A stretch of DNA of 64,000 nt from an uncultured Gemmatimonadales bacterium (GCA_963798085.1 CAWCRS010000007.1:1728001-1792000); one strand, 5' to 3'; positions 52,875-62,544 are shown, counted from the first letter of the stretch. Numbers and translations: made by a program. The notes: generated by a model not told the origin, from the sequence alone.

Positions 52875-54830
52875 TCAGCCCTCCTTCTCTTCGTACTCGT
52901 CTTTCAGGCGAGCGACCACGGCCGGGTCTGCTAACGTCGTGGTATCGCCCAGCGTGCGTCCCTCCGCGATGTCGCGCAGCAGTCGCCGCATGATCTTGCC
53001 CGAGCGCGTCTTGGGGAGATCCGCGGCGTAGAGAATGTCATCCGGTCGGGCAATGGCCCCGATCTTCCTGCTGACGTGCTCGCGCAGTTCCTTCTTGAGC
53101 GCTTCAGTCGGCCGGACCGACTCCTTCAGCGTGACGAACGCAGCAATCGCCTGACCCTTCAGGTCGTCGGCGCGGCCCACCACCGCCGCTTCGGCCACGG
53201 CCTCGTGATCCACCAGCGCGCTCTCCACTTCCATTGTGCCGATGCGATGGCCGGCCACATTGAGCACGTCATCGACACGGCCGAGGATCCAGAAGTAGCC
53301 ATCCTCATCGCGCTTCGCACCATCGCCCGGAAAGTAGACGTTCGGCCAGCGCGACCAGTAGTTGGCGCGATAGCGCGCGTCATCGCCGTAGATGGTGCGC
53401 AGCATGCCCGGCCAGGGTCTGGTAATGGCGAGGTAGCCGGCGGAGACCTCGTGGCCATCGGTGTCGAGCAGGGTTGCCGTGATGCCCGGAAATGCCACGG
53501 TGGCGCTTCCCGGCTTGGTTTCGGTGACGCCGGGCAGCGGTGTGATCATGATGCCGCCAGTCTCGGTCTGCCACCACGTGTCCACGATGGGACAGCGGTT
53601 CTGACCGATATGCTGCTGATACCACATCCACGCTTCCGGATTGATGGGCTCGCCCACTGTTCCCAGCAGGCGCAGCGTGGAAAGATCGTATTTCGTGGGC
53701 CACTCCGTGCCCCAGCGCATGAAGGCGCGAATCGCGGTGGGCGCGGTGTAAAACACTGTTACCCCGTACTTCTCGACCAGCGACCAGAAACGACCGCGAT
53801 CGGGCCAGTCCGGCGCACCCTCGTACATCAGAACGGTCGCACCATTGGACAGCGGTCCGTACACGATGTAGCTGTGTCCCGTCACCCAACCGACGTCGGC
53901 GGTGCACCAGTACATGTCTTCTTCCTTGAGATCGAACACGAGGCGCGTCGTCGCATACACCTGCGTCATGTAGCCGCCGGTGGTGTGCACCACGCCCTTG
54001 GGCTTCCCGGTCGTGCCCGACGTGTAGAGGATGTACAGCAGATCCTCGGCATCCATCGGCTCGGCCGCGTTCTTCGGCGAAGCGTACTGCACCAGCTCGT
54101 GGTACCAGTGATCGCGTCCCGCACGCATGTGCACGGGTACCTCCAGGCCACCGCCTCGCCGCACTACCACCACCGATTCGATGGACGGTGTGTCCTGCAG
54201 TGCCTCGTCCGCCGCTTCCTTGAGCGCGACGACACGGCCGCGACGAAAACCGCCATCCGCGGTGATCAGCACTCTGGCCTGCGCATCGTTGATGCGATCG
54301 CGCAGGCTCTCCGCGGAGAACCCGCCGAACACGACGGAGTGCGGCGCGCCAATGCGCGCGCAGGCCAGCATGGCAATCGCAGCTTCGGGGATCATGGGCA
54401 GATAGATCGCGACGCGGTCGCCTCGCCGGACACCGAGATTCTCCTTGAGCACGTTCGCGAAGCGGCAGACTTCGCGGTACAGATCCCAGTACGTGAAGAT
54501 GCGCATATCGCCAGGCTCGCCTTCCCATACCAGCGCTGCCTTGTGGCGGCGCGGGCTGGCGACATGGCGATCGAGGCAGTTGTAGGACGCGTTCAGCTTG
54601 CCGCCGATGAACCACTGCGCGTGCGGCGGCTTCCACTCGAGCACGCGCTGCCAGGGCTCGAACCAGTCCAGCTCCCGGGCCCACTGCGCCCAGAAGGCCT
54701 CCGGGTCGGCGGCCGCCTCGGCGTGGATGGCGGGATCGCCCGCATTGGCGCGGGAGCGGAATTCCGGCGGCGGCGGGAACCTTCGCTCTTCGTGCAGCAG
54801 CGCGTCCAGAGGCTTTTCCTGTGAGGCCAT
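52875..54830 (-). CDS. acs: acetyl-CoA synthetase
   Basis: [51 protein letters not shown]. Confidence 0.97.
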   Translation of the reverse strand: MASQEKPLDALLHEERRFPPPPEFRSRANAGDPAIHAEAAADPEAFWAQWARELDWFEPWQRVLEWKPPHAQWFIGGKLNASYNCLDRHVASPRRHKAALVWEGEPGDMRIFTYWDLYREVCRFANVLKENLGVRRGDRVAIYLPMIPEAAIAMLACARIGAPHSVVFGGFSAESLRDRINDAQARVLITADGGFRRGRVVALKEAADEALQDTPSIESVVVVRRGGGLEVPVHMRAGRDHWYHELVQYASPKNAAEPMDAEDLLYILYTSGTTGKPKGVVHTTGGYMTQVYATTRLVFDLKEEDMYWCTADVGWVTGHSYIVYGPLSNGATVLMYEGAPDWPDRGRFWSLVEKYGVTVFYTAPTAIRAFMRWGTEWPTKYDLSTLRLLGTVGEPINPEAWMWYQQHIGQNRCPIVDTWWQTETGGIMITPLPGVTETKPGSATVAFPGITATLLDTDGHEVSAGYLAITRPWPGMLRTIYGDDARYRANYWSRWPNVYFPGDGAKRDEDGYFWILGRVDDVLNVAGHRIGTMEVESALVDHEAVAEAAVVGRADDLKGQAIAAFVTLKESVRPTEALKKELREHVSRKIGAIARPDDILYAADLPKTRSGKIMRRLLRDIAEGRTLGDTTTLADPAVVARLKDEYEEKEG

Positions 54831-54898
54831 GACTCCCATCCCCCGCAATCGGCGGAACCGCAACCGGTGAACACTCGAGGCGCGACGTATGCCTCGCC

Positions 54899-55048
54899 TC
54901 ACGAGCAGCGACAGGATAGGTCGCCGTTCGGGCAGGCGGCAACGGCTTGCGGTAGAGCGCCGGGCGCTCTGACGCGGATGCGCGGGTGAGGCTCGATTCC
55001 AGCCCGTCCGGCAGCTTGTTGCTGCTGCGGCCTGACGTTATCGTTCAT
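54899..55048 (-). CDS. putative 49-aa peptide with Cys-rich C-terminus
   Basis: AAGGA RBS before ATG 55048; [11 protein letters not shown]...[12 protein letters not shown]. Confidence 0.4.
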   Translation of the reverse strand: MNDNVRPQQQQAAGRAGIEPHPRIRVRAPGALPQAVAACPNGDLSCRCS

Positions 55049-55155
55049 GGCTGAGTTTTCCTTGGCCGGACGGCTCCGGCACCCATGGTCGAGCTGCATG
55101 ATACGCGTCGAAAACGGCGCCGCTGGATGATGAACCCACGGAGGGCGAACTCGGG

Positions 55156-55554
55156 ATGCCAACCATCAAGAAGCTTTCCAAGAAACAACTCGAACACCTT
55201 CAGCACCGGCTGATGCGGGAGCGGGAGCGTGCGCTTCGGTCGCTGGGCCAGTTCGACGAGCTGGCCAAGCAGTCCGCGGAGCAGAACGACTCCGATTCGT
55301 ACTCCTACTCCGATCACATGGCGGACCTGGGGACGGATGCGATGGAGCGCGAGAAGATGCTGCTCTTCGCCAGCAAGGAGGGCCGCTACCTGTACCGGGT
55401 CGAGGAAGCACTGCGCCGGCTGTACAAGGATCCTGACAATTTCGGGCGCTGCCACAGCTGCGGCACGCTCATCGACTATGAACGACTCGACGCCCTGCCC
55501 CACGCGCGGTATTGCATCGACTGCAAGCTGAAAGAAGAAGCGGACGCGGCCTGA
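55156..55554 (+). CDS. dksA: DksA/TraR C4 zinc-finger protein
   Basis: HMADLGTD coiled-coil tip, FGRCHSCG..I..ERL.ALP.ARYCIDCK. Confidence 0.88.
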   Translation: MPTIKKLSKKQLEHLQHRLMRERERALRSLGQFDELAKQSAEQNDSDSYSYSDHMADLGTDAMEREKMLLFASKEGRYLYRVEEALRRLYKDPDNFGRCHSCGTLIDYERLDALPHARYCIDCKLKEEADAA

Positions 55555-55575
55555 ATCGTCGCGATCGATTCCACG

Positions 55576-55605
55576 AGGGCCCCGTGAAGCTGCTCACGGG
55601 GCCCT
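55576..55605. terminator. terminator between convergent dksA and receiver gene
   Basis: AGGGCCCCGTGA/TCACGGGGCCCT 12-bp stem. Confidence 0.65.
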
Positions 55606-55989
55606 TTCAGTTTCCCGAGCCAGCAGCGCCGGCAGTTCCGCCACGAAAGCCGACCTGGCCAGCACGCGATCTGCGCCTGCCGCGCGCCCGGCCGCGATGG
55701 CGGCGCCGTTCATGTGCGAGGCGAAGCCCACGATCGTCACACTGCCGGGCAGGCCAGCTTCACGCAGCTGTCGGATCGCGTCGGCCCCTGCACCGGAACG
55801 CAGTTCGAGATCGATCAGCACCAGCCCGGGCTCGTGTTTGCGGACCGCGGCAAGCATCGCTTCGGGTGTGCCCGCCATTACCAGACGCCGGCCCAAGGCG
55901 TCCGCCACGCCCCGAATCCTGGACGCGAACAGCATGTCTGCGAGCGCGACCACCGGCCGCGACGCGGCTTCGGATGAAGTTTCACTCAT
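55594..55989 (-). CDS. atypical stand-alone receiver domain protein
   Basis: LVLIDL, IVGFASH, AGADRVLARS; CheY-like pattern. Confidence 0.7.
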   Translation of the reverse strand: MSETSSEAASRPVVALADMLFASRIRGVADALGRRLVMAGTPEAMLAAVRKHEPGLVLIDLELRSGAGADAIRQLREAGLPGSVTIVGFASHMNGAAIAAGRAAGADRVLARSAFVAELPALLARETERAP

Positions 55990-56047
55990 CAGTTTCAACC
56001 TGCTGTCCCGGAAAGAGATGAACCGCCCCCTGCAAAGTGCCGGCGCA

Positions 56048-56077
56048 TTGACAGCGCGCTGCCCGACGGCCTACTCT
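56048..56077 (+). promoter_or_regulatory. sigma70-type promoter of the Fur-family gene
   Basis: TTGACA-N18-TACTCT. Confidence 0.55.
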
Positions 56078-56112
56078 TGTAGCGTTCGCTCATTCGCTCA
56101 CGCGTGGCTTCA

Positions 56113-56562
56113 ATGATCGACTTCAGCGACTCGATCGTTCCCGACCCGGAATCCGATACCCGACTTCGCTCGGCGCTCGCGTCCAGTGGCCAGCGCTTCA
56201 CTGAGCAGCGAGCCGCAGTGTATCGATTTCTCTGCGCCAGCACCGCCCACCCCACAGCGGATGACATGTTCACCGCCGTGCGCACCGAGATTCCCGATAT
56301 CTCGCTCGCCACTGTCTACAAGGCGCTGGAAACCCTCGTGGGTTGTGGCCTCGCAGTCAAGCTGACCTACGGTGACGGCTCCGCCCGCTACGACGGGCGC
56401 ACCGACCCGCATCCGCACGCCCGCTGCCTGCGGTGCGGCGCCGTGGTGGATGTTCCCGGTCGGCTGGATCCCAATTCCTTCGGCGGCCTTGGTCGGCTCG
56501 ATGGTTTCGAGGTGCGCAGCTACCGACTCGAGCTCGTGGGAATCTGCGCAACCTGTCACTGA
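56113..56562 (+). CDS. Fur family regulator, PerR-like
   Basis: TEQR, HPTAD, SLATVYKAL, RYDG, HPHARCLRCG, CATC. Confidence 0.9.
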   Translation: MIDFSDSIVPDPESDTRLRSALASSGQRFTEQRAAVYRFLCASTAHPTADDMFTAVRTEIPDISLATVYKALETLVGCGLAVKLTYGDGSARYDGRTDPHPHARCLRCGAVVDVPGRLDPNSFGGLGRLDGFEVRSYRLELVGICATCH

Positions 56563-56587
56563 GCCCTGCCCGAAAGCACTACGGGAG

Positions 56588-56621
56588 AACGCCCGACCGG
56601 ACCGGCCGGGCGTTTCTTTTT
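56588..56621 (+). terminator. intrinsic terminator after the Fur-family gene
   Basis: AACGCCCG..CGGGCGTT stem then TCTTTTT. Confidence 0.75.
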
Positions 56622-56717
56622 ACCTCTAGCAACATTTTCAGTGACAGTGTGCAAGACGCTTGCCTGCTGGTCTTGCATTCTGTCCAGCAGAATGTTGCCT
56701 GAAGGACACCTCGCCAA

Positions 56718-56746
56718 TTGACATTGCGCTACTTTTCGAGTAACAT
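56718..56746 (+). promoter_or_regulatory. sigma70-type promoter of glnA
   Basis: TTGACA-N17-TAACAT. Confidence 0.7.
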
Positions 56747-56786
56747 CGCGTCTTTCGAAGCCACCCGCAACCCAGGAGAGAACTGA

Positions 56787-58232
56787 ATGGCCACACCAAC
56801 CAGAGTTCGGCGCGCGGAACCGGGCGCCAACGGTGTCATTTCCACGCTGGTGCCAGAACACAAGGTGCGTCACCGCGAGCCGCGTACACGCATTGCACGC
56901 ACCGCGGGTGCGACGAAGGCGGACCTGCTGAAGTTGATGAAGGAATCGAACGTCCGGTTCCTGCGTCTCCAGTTCATCGACATCATGGGCCAGCTCAAGA
57001 ACGTGGAGGTTCCGCCCAGCCAGTTCGAGAAGGCTCTGGATGGCGACATCATGTTCGACGGCTCTTCGATCGAGGGTTTCGTGCGCATCGAGGAATCGGA
57101 CATGGTGCTGAAGCCGGACGTGTCGACGTTCATGGTGTTTCCATGGGGCGATGCGGACAACCAGGTGGCCCGCCTGATCTGTGACGTGTACACATCCGAC
57201 GAGAAGCCATTCGAGGGGGATCCGCGTCGGGTGCTCAAGCGCCAGATCGAGGCGGCGGCCGCGCTGGGCTACGAGATGATGGCGGGCGTGGAAGCGGAGT
57301 TCTTCCTGTTCCATCGGCGCGACGATGGCTCGCCCACGCGCGCCACGCATGATGCGGCGGGTTATTTCGACCTGATGCCGGTGGACTTCGGAGAAGTGGC
57401 GCGCCGCGACATCGTGAATGCGCTGCAAATGATGGGCTTCGAGGTGGAAGCCGCGCACCACGAGGTGGCGCCGGGCCAGCACGAGATCGACTTCAAGTAC
57501 GCGGACGCGCTGACTACGGCGGACGATCTGGCGACGTTCCGCTTCGTGGTGCGTAATATCGCGTTACAGCACGGGCTGCACGCGACGTTCATGCCCAAGC
57601 CCATCTTCGGTCAGAATGGCTCGGGCATGCACACGCATCAGTCGCTGTTCAAGGCGGGCGACAACGCATTCTTCGACGCGGGTGACACGGATCAGATCTC
57701 GCAGGTGATGCGCTGGTACGTGGGCGGACTGCTGCGGCACGCGCGCAGCTTCTGCGTGGTCACGAATCCGCTGGTCAACAGCTTCAAGCGGCTGGTGCCG
57801 GGCTACGAGGCGCCGGTGAACGTGGCGTGGTCGCACCACAACCGCTCACCCATGATCCGCATTCCGGCGCGGCGAGGCAAAGGCACTCGCCTCGAGCTGC
57901 GGATGCCGGATCCTTCGGCGAATCCGTATCTGGCGCTGTCGGTGCAGCTGGCTGCCGGCCTCGACGGCATCCGCAATCGCACCGCACCACCCGAACCGGT
58001 GGACAAGAACATCTTCGAGCTGAGCGTGCGCGATCGCCGCAAGCACAAGATCCAGGAATTGCCCAGCGATCTGGGTGAAGCCATCGAGCTGCTGCGCCGC
58101 AGCGCCTTCGTCAAGGTCGTGCTCGGTCCGCACATCTTCGAGCACCTGGTGGCCGCCAAGGAGCAGGAGTGGCAGGAGTACATTGCGCAGGTACACGAGT
58201 GGGAGATCGAACGGTATCTCGCGGTCTACTGA
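56787..58232 (+). CDS. glnA: glutamine synthetase type I (alpha-like)
   Basis: FDGSSIEGF, HHEVAPGQHEI, TFMPKP, NGSGMH, KRLVPGYEAP, ELRMPDPSANPYL. Confidence 0.96.
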   Translation: MATPTRVRRAEPGANGVISTLVPEHKVRHREPRTRIARTAGATKADLLKLMKESNVRFLRLQFIDIMGQLKNVEVPPSQFEKALDGDIMFDGSSIEGFVRIEESDMVLKPDVSTFMVFPWGDADNQVARLICDVYTSDEKPFEGDPRRVLKRQIEAAAALGYEMMAGVEAEFFLFHRRDDGSPTRATHDAAGYFDLMPVDFGEVARRDIVNALQMMGFEVEAAHHEVAPGQHEIDFKYADALTTADDLATFRFVVRNIALQHGLHATFMPKPIFGQNGSGMHTHQSLFKAGDNAFFDAGDTDQISQVMRWYVGGLLRHARSFCVVTNPLVNSFKRLVPGYEAPVNVAWSHHNRSPMIRIPARRGKGTRLELRMPDPSANPYLALSVQLAAGLDGIRNRTAPPEPVDKNIFELSVRDRRKHKIQELPSDLGEAIELLRRSAFVKVVLGPHIFEHLVAAKEQEWQEYIAQVHEWEIERYLAVY

Positions 58233-58285
58233 CTACCAACGGAACGATTCCGGGGCTGGGCTGGGACAAGGCGTTGCTGCTGTAC

Positions 58286-59449
58286 CTAGACCTTGATGGG
58301 GAATGAAAGAACGACTTCAGTGCCCTGGGCGGTTGCGTGGGTGTCCACGTGGCCGCCCAGTTCATCCCGGACCAGGGCCTGCACGATGGCGCGGCCGCTG
58401 CCGCTGAGGGGTTCGGGGTTGTGGCTGGCGGTGCCCACGCCGTCGTCGGCGACGGAGAGGCGAAACTCGCCGTTATCGTGAGCGAAGCGGATGTGGATGC
58501 TTCCCTTGCGACCGTCAGGGAAGCCATGACGGAAGGCGTTGGTCAGCAGTTCGTTGAGTGCGAGGGCGAGGGCGAAACCCTGGCGCTCGTCGAGCGTGAC
58601 GGTGGTGCCTTCCATGACCATGTCGATGCGCCGTTCGGCATCCCATGCGTTGCGCAGGCGTTGCGCCAGCTTGTCGAAGATCTCGCGTACCGCAACACCG
58701 TGATAGTTCTGGCGGCGCAGGGCTTCGTGCACGAGCAGGAACGAGCGCAGTCGTCCCTCGAGTGTGGCCAGCGCCTCGGCGGAGGGTCGGGGCGGGCGCC
58801 GGTTTCGCTCCATGCTGAGCAGCCCGAGGATGACTGACAGGTTGTTGCGGACACGGTGGTCCAACTCGCGCAGCAGCAGGGCGCGCTCTTCGGCATCGTG
58901 GCGGGCGCGCTCGTACAGCTGGTAGTTCTGATCGGCCAGCTCGCGCAGCTGCTGGTTGGCGCGCTTGATGGCGACCTCGGCGCGGCGCACGCGCAGGCGG
59001 GACTCGATGCGGGCGGTCAGCTCGGCGATGTGGAAGGGCTTGGCGACATAGTCGTCGGCGCCCGCGGCGAACGTGCGCACCACGTCTTCCGGCGACGTGC
59101 GCGCGGTCACCATGATCACGGGGAGCAGCGGGTCGTGCTCCTTGATCTCGCGGCAGATCGACCAGCCATCGCGGCCCGGCAGCATGGCATCGAGCAGAAC
59201 CAGCTCGACCTCGGGCAGGAAGGAAAAGACCTCTTCGCCGCGGGCGAGCGCGAGGACGTTGTATTGATGCGCCTCGAGCAGGTCCACGAACATTTGGCGC
59301 GCCAGCGGCTCGTCGTCGACAACGAGAATGGAAGCGCCGGTGCCCTGCCGGGCGGTGTCAGGGCGGAGCGCAGCTTTCTGTCCGTTGCGGTCGCTCTGAC
59401 GCCGATCGACCGCGGCGCCGCGCTCTTCGCTCCTGACCTCGCCAGGCAC
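58286..59449 (-). CDS. REC-HisKA_2-HATPase histidine kinase (PdtaS/EutW-type core)
   Basis: ILVVDD..LLD..KP receiver; ELDHRVRNNL; NELLTNAFRHGF; DDGVG. Confidence 0.9.
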   Translation of the reverse strand: MPGEVRSEERGAAVDRRQSDRNGQKAALRPDTARQGTGASILVVDDEPLARQMFVDLLEAHQYNVLALARGEEVFSFLPEVELVLLDAMLPGRDGWSICREIKEHDPLLPVIMVTARTSPEDVVRTFAAGADDYVAKPFHIAELTARIESRLRVRRAEVAIKRANQQLRELADQNYQLYERARHDAEERALLLRELDHRVRNNLSVILGLLSMERNRRPPRPSAEALATLEGRLRSFLLVHEALRRQNYHGVAVREIFDKLAQRLRNAWDAERRIDMVMEGTTVTLDERQGFALALALNELLTNAFRHGFPDGRKGSIHIRFAHDNGEFRLSVADDGVGTASHNPEPLSGSGRAIVQALVRDELGGHVDTHATAQGTEVVLSFPIKV

Positions 59450-59455
59450 GTCGCG

Positions 59456-60046
59456 CTATTCCTTGTTCAGCAGGGGCGCGGCGAGAAGGATCTTGCGGGC
59501 AAGCTCCACCATGGGTGTGTTCTTGTCCTGACTCGTCTTCTGGAGGAAGCGATACGCCTCGCGCTCGCTGAGGCCGCGCGTCTCCATGAGCAGTCCCTTG
59601 GCGCGCTCGACGATCTTGCGTTCTTCGAGCTTCAGCTCCAGCCGGTCGCGGTCGCGGCGCGCTTCCAGCCACTCATCGAAGCGGGCGCGTGCCACCGCAA
59701 TGGCGGGCGCCAGATCGTCCGGATCCACGGGCTTCACGAGGTAGTGGAAGATGGGTGCGCGAATCGCCTGATCAACGGTGCGGGCATCGCTGTAGGCGGA
59801 CAGGATGATCATGGGGATGGGCTTTTCCCGCGCGATCTCGAGAGCGGCCTCGGGTCCGGTCATGCTGGGCATGCGGATGTCCAGGAACGCGATATCGAAG
59901 TCCGTCTCACGGGCCAGCTCGACGGCTTCGCGGCCGTTGGAGGCCGTTGCGACCACCTGGTGGCCCAGCGTCTCCAGCTGACTGGTGAGCGCGAGATTGT
60001 GAAGGGCTTCGTCGTCGGCGATCAGCACTCTCAGCGATTCGGACAT
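59456..60046 (-). CDS. REC-ANTAR response regulator (PdtaR/EutV/NasT-type)
   Basis: VLIADDE, LDIRMP, YLVKP, ERKIVERAKGLLM..EAYRFLQKTSQD. Confidence 0.93.
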   Translation of the reverse strand: MSESLRVLIADDEALHNLALTSQLETLGHQVVATASNGREAVELARETDFDIAFLDIRMPSMTGPEAALEIAREKPIPMIILSAYSDARTVDQAIRAPIFHYLVKPVDPDDLAPAIAVARARFDEWLEARRDRDRLELKLEERKIVERAKGLLMETRGLSEREAYRFLQKTSQDKNTPMVELARKILLAAPLLNKE

Positions 60047-60428
60047 TCTATTCCTCCCTTTTGCTGCAGTCGACGGTCCATGTGCACTACCGGGGAGAAG
60101 AGCAGAAGGGGCGCCTCTCGAATCTGTCGAGTTGGCGCCCGCGGCCACGACCTGAAATCGGTCGACGATGCGTGTCAGAGTGTGTGAAAAAAATCGCTGC
60201 ATTGAGATGCGCGGCGCAAGGGGGGCGGAACCGACTGGAGCGTCGCTGTGTTCTACTCCGCGGCCTTGTTGCGCGGGCGCATCGGCCGTGACAGGCTGGT
60301 TCCGCTTTCGTCCGCCACGACAATAGTTTGGGCCTTCCGGGCCGGCGGCGGAACGTGGCCTCGGAATTGCCGACCCTGCGCGACGTGGAGGGTCGCTTGC
60401 GACGACGCAACCCCGATTCGCCGGTGGT

Positions 60429-61976
60429 ATGAACGAGATTGCTCTGGTACTGACGCTGGTCACGGCCCTCGCGGGTCCCGGTCTGAGCCGGGCCGCGAGC
60501 TTTTTCGCGCCTGCCTTCGATGCACACCGCGAAGTGCTGCGGAACGAGATCGAGAGCATACTGCACCGGGCTCGCATGGACGGTCAGGCCGGTGTGCTGG
60601 TGGTTTCGCTCGATCATGGGGACACCCTCTTCATCCACAACCCCGACCTGCCTCTGGCGCCGGCTTCCAACCAGAAGCTTTTCACGACGTTCGCGGCTCT
60701 GCACTATCTGGGCCCTTCGTTCCGCTACAACACGTATCTGCTTGCTACAGGCCCCGTACGGGAGGGTGTCCTGGAGGGCGATCTGGTGCTCTACGGCACA
60801 GGTGACCCCACGCTGTCGGACCGTTTCGGCGCGCGCGTTCTCGAGGCCTTCGCGGACACGCTCGCGCACATGGGGATCCGTGAAATCCGGGGCGCCGTGA
60901 TCGGCGATGCTTCCTATTTCGGTGGTGACGGCATCGGCATCGGCTGGCAGCCCGAATACAGCAACGCCATCTACGCTGCGCCGGCCAGCGCGTTGTCATT
61001 CTCGGAGAATGTCGCGCTGGTGGAGATTCGACCCGGCGCCGCCGGCGATGCCGCCGCGGTACGGATTGCTCCCGGCGGCGATGGACTGGAAATCGTCAAC
61101 CGTGCGGTGACGGTAGCACAGGGACGCACGCGCGTGAGTGTGGGCCGCGCGAGTTATGACGGCCCGCTCATGGTGCAGGGCCAGGTCTCACGCAGTGCCG
61201 GAGCCGTGCGCTACGCGGTCCCGGTGGCAGATCCTCCGTTCTTCGCGGCCGGGGCTCTGCGCGAGGCCATGGAAGCGCGGCACATTGCCGTTCGGGGTGG
61301 TACGCGCGCGGTTCACGACGGCGAGGCGTCGCCCGTAGCGGGGCGTTCGCTGTTTGCTCCCACGCTCGAGCGGGATGCCGCGCTGCACGTTCTCGCGATA
61401 CACACATCGCCGCCGCTCATCGATGTGCTCGAGGTGATCAACAAGCGCAGCCAGAATTTCATGGCGGAGCAGGTGCTTCGCACGGTGGGCCGTGTAGTCG
61501 CGGGTGACGGCACGGTTCAGGGCGGCACCGGCACGGTCATGCGTTTCGCCGCCGACGTACTGCGCGTGGACACGACGCAGGTGCGGCTCTTCGATGGGTC
61601 CGGTCTTTCGCCCCTGAATCGCACAACGGCCAGCGCCATGGTGCGGCTGCTGGCGTTCGCCGCTCATTCGCCCATGTGGAAGGCGTTCCTGCAGACGCTA
61701 CCCGAAGTGGGCGCGCGTGACGGCATGCACCGCATGACCGGGACACCGGCGCAGGGACGGGTCTGGGCCAAGACGGGTACCATCAATCACGTTTCGGCGC
61801 TTTCCGGTTACGTTCGCACGGCGGGCGGTGAGCTGCTGGAGTTCAGCATTGTCAACAACCGGGCGGTCAATGAGCATCGTGCGAAGCGCACGGAAGACGC
61901 GATCGTGGTGCGTCTCGCCATGTTCGACCGCGCGCAGTCGGGCGTCCCGGGCGGAGACGGTTCGCCCAACCGCTAA
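60429..61976 (+). CDS. dacB: D-Ala-D-Ala carboxypeptidase/endopeptidase (PBP4, S13)
   Basis: PASNQK (SxxK), GTGDPT, SQN, DGSGLS, AKTGT. Confidence 0.94.
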   Translation: MNEIALVLTLVTALAGPGLSRAASFFAPAFDAHREVLRNEIESILHRARMDGQAGVLVVSLDHGDTLFIHNPDLPLAPASNQKLFTTFAALHYLGPSFRYNTYLLATGPVREGVLEGDLVLYGTGDPTLSDRFGARVLEAFADTLAHMGIREIRGAVIGDASYFGGDGIGIGWQPEYSNAIYAAPASALSFSENVALVEIRPGAAGDAAAVRIAPGGDGLEIVNRAVTVAQGRTRVSVGRASYDGPLMVQGQVSRSAGAVRYAVPVADPPFFAAGALREAMEARHIAVRGGTRAVHDGEASPVAGRSLFAPTLERDAALHVLAIHTSPPLIDVLEVINKRSQNFMAEQVLRTVGRVVAGDGTVQGGTGTVMRFAADVLRVDTTQVRLFDGSGLSPLNRTTASAMVRLLAFAAHSPMWKAFLQTLPEVGARDGMHRMTGTPAQGRVWAKTGTINHVSALSGYVRTAGGELLEFSIVNNRAVNEHRAKRTEDAIVVRLAMFDRAQSGVPGGDGSPNR

Positions 61977-61995
61977 ATCCGCGAGTCTTTCCGCT

Positions 61996-62241
61996 TCACA
62001 CCACTTCTGCGCGAGTCAGCGCGGTCGCCAGCCGGCGACGCAGCTCGAACATCGACATGCTCCGTACCGTGCGGTCCGCGGTTGCAAAGGTCTGCCAGCG
62101 GACCTCGGCCTGCGGGAAGACGCTGGAAGGATCGTCCTCGGGATGAAAGACGAGGAACCAACGGGTGTGGTGACGGGGCGAATTCTCCTGACGCGCTGTT
62201 GCGATCCAGGCACGACCGGTCTCGTCGGCGAAGCTGCGCAT
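61996..62241 (-). CDS. small hypothetical protein (81 aa)
   Basis: MRSFADETGRAW...MSMFELRRRL; 2 nt after the upstream similar gene. Confidence 0.7.
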   Translation of the reverse strand: MRSFADETGRAWIATARQENSPRHHTRWFLVFHPEDDPSSVFPQAEVRWQTFATADRTVRSMSMFELRRRLATALTRAEVV

Positions 62242-62243
62242 GC

Positions 62244-62468
62244 TCAGCCTTCTTTCACGCTCGACGCATCGAGCAGTTGCTGGAGGCGGGCGTCGTTCAT
62301 GTTCTCGAGTTCTGATTCCGCCTGCTCGGCGCTCACCGCAGGCAAGGCGGTTTCGCGGACCGCTTCCGCTGCGGCGAGAGGTACGAACAGGGCGCAGTAC
62401 GTACCCCAGGAAGCGCGACCGAGCACCACGTCCCAGGCGGCGCCATTGAGGTCCTTGAATCTGCGCAT
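62244..62468 (-). CDS. small hypothetical protein (74 aa)
   Basis: GGAG RBS; MRRFKDLNGAAW...MNDARLQQLL. Confidence 0.7.
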   Translation of the reverse strand: MRRFKDLNGAAWDVVLGRASWGTYCALFVPLAAAEAVRETALPAVSAEQAESELENMNDARLQQLLDASSVKEG

Positions 62469-62544
62469 GCGTGCACTCCGCATTTTGCGTTTCGCATTGA
62501 CTCGCGCCAGGCTTTCACTGCCTGCCACCGGGAGATCCTGAAAA

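Noticed and set aside
56563..56786. ANTAR tandem-hairpin target ahead of glnA
   Set aside because: No pair of hexaloops with A1 and G4 found by eye
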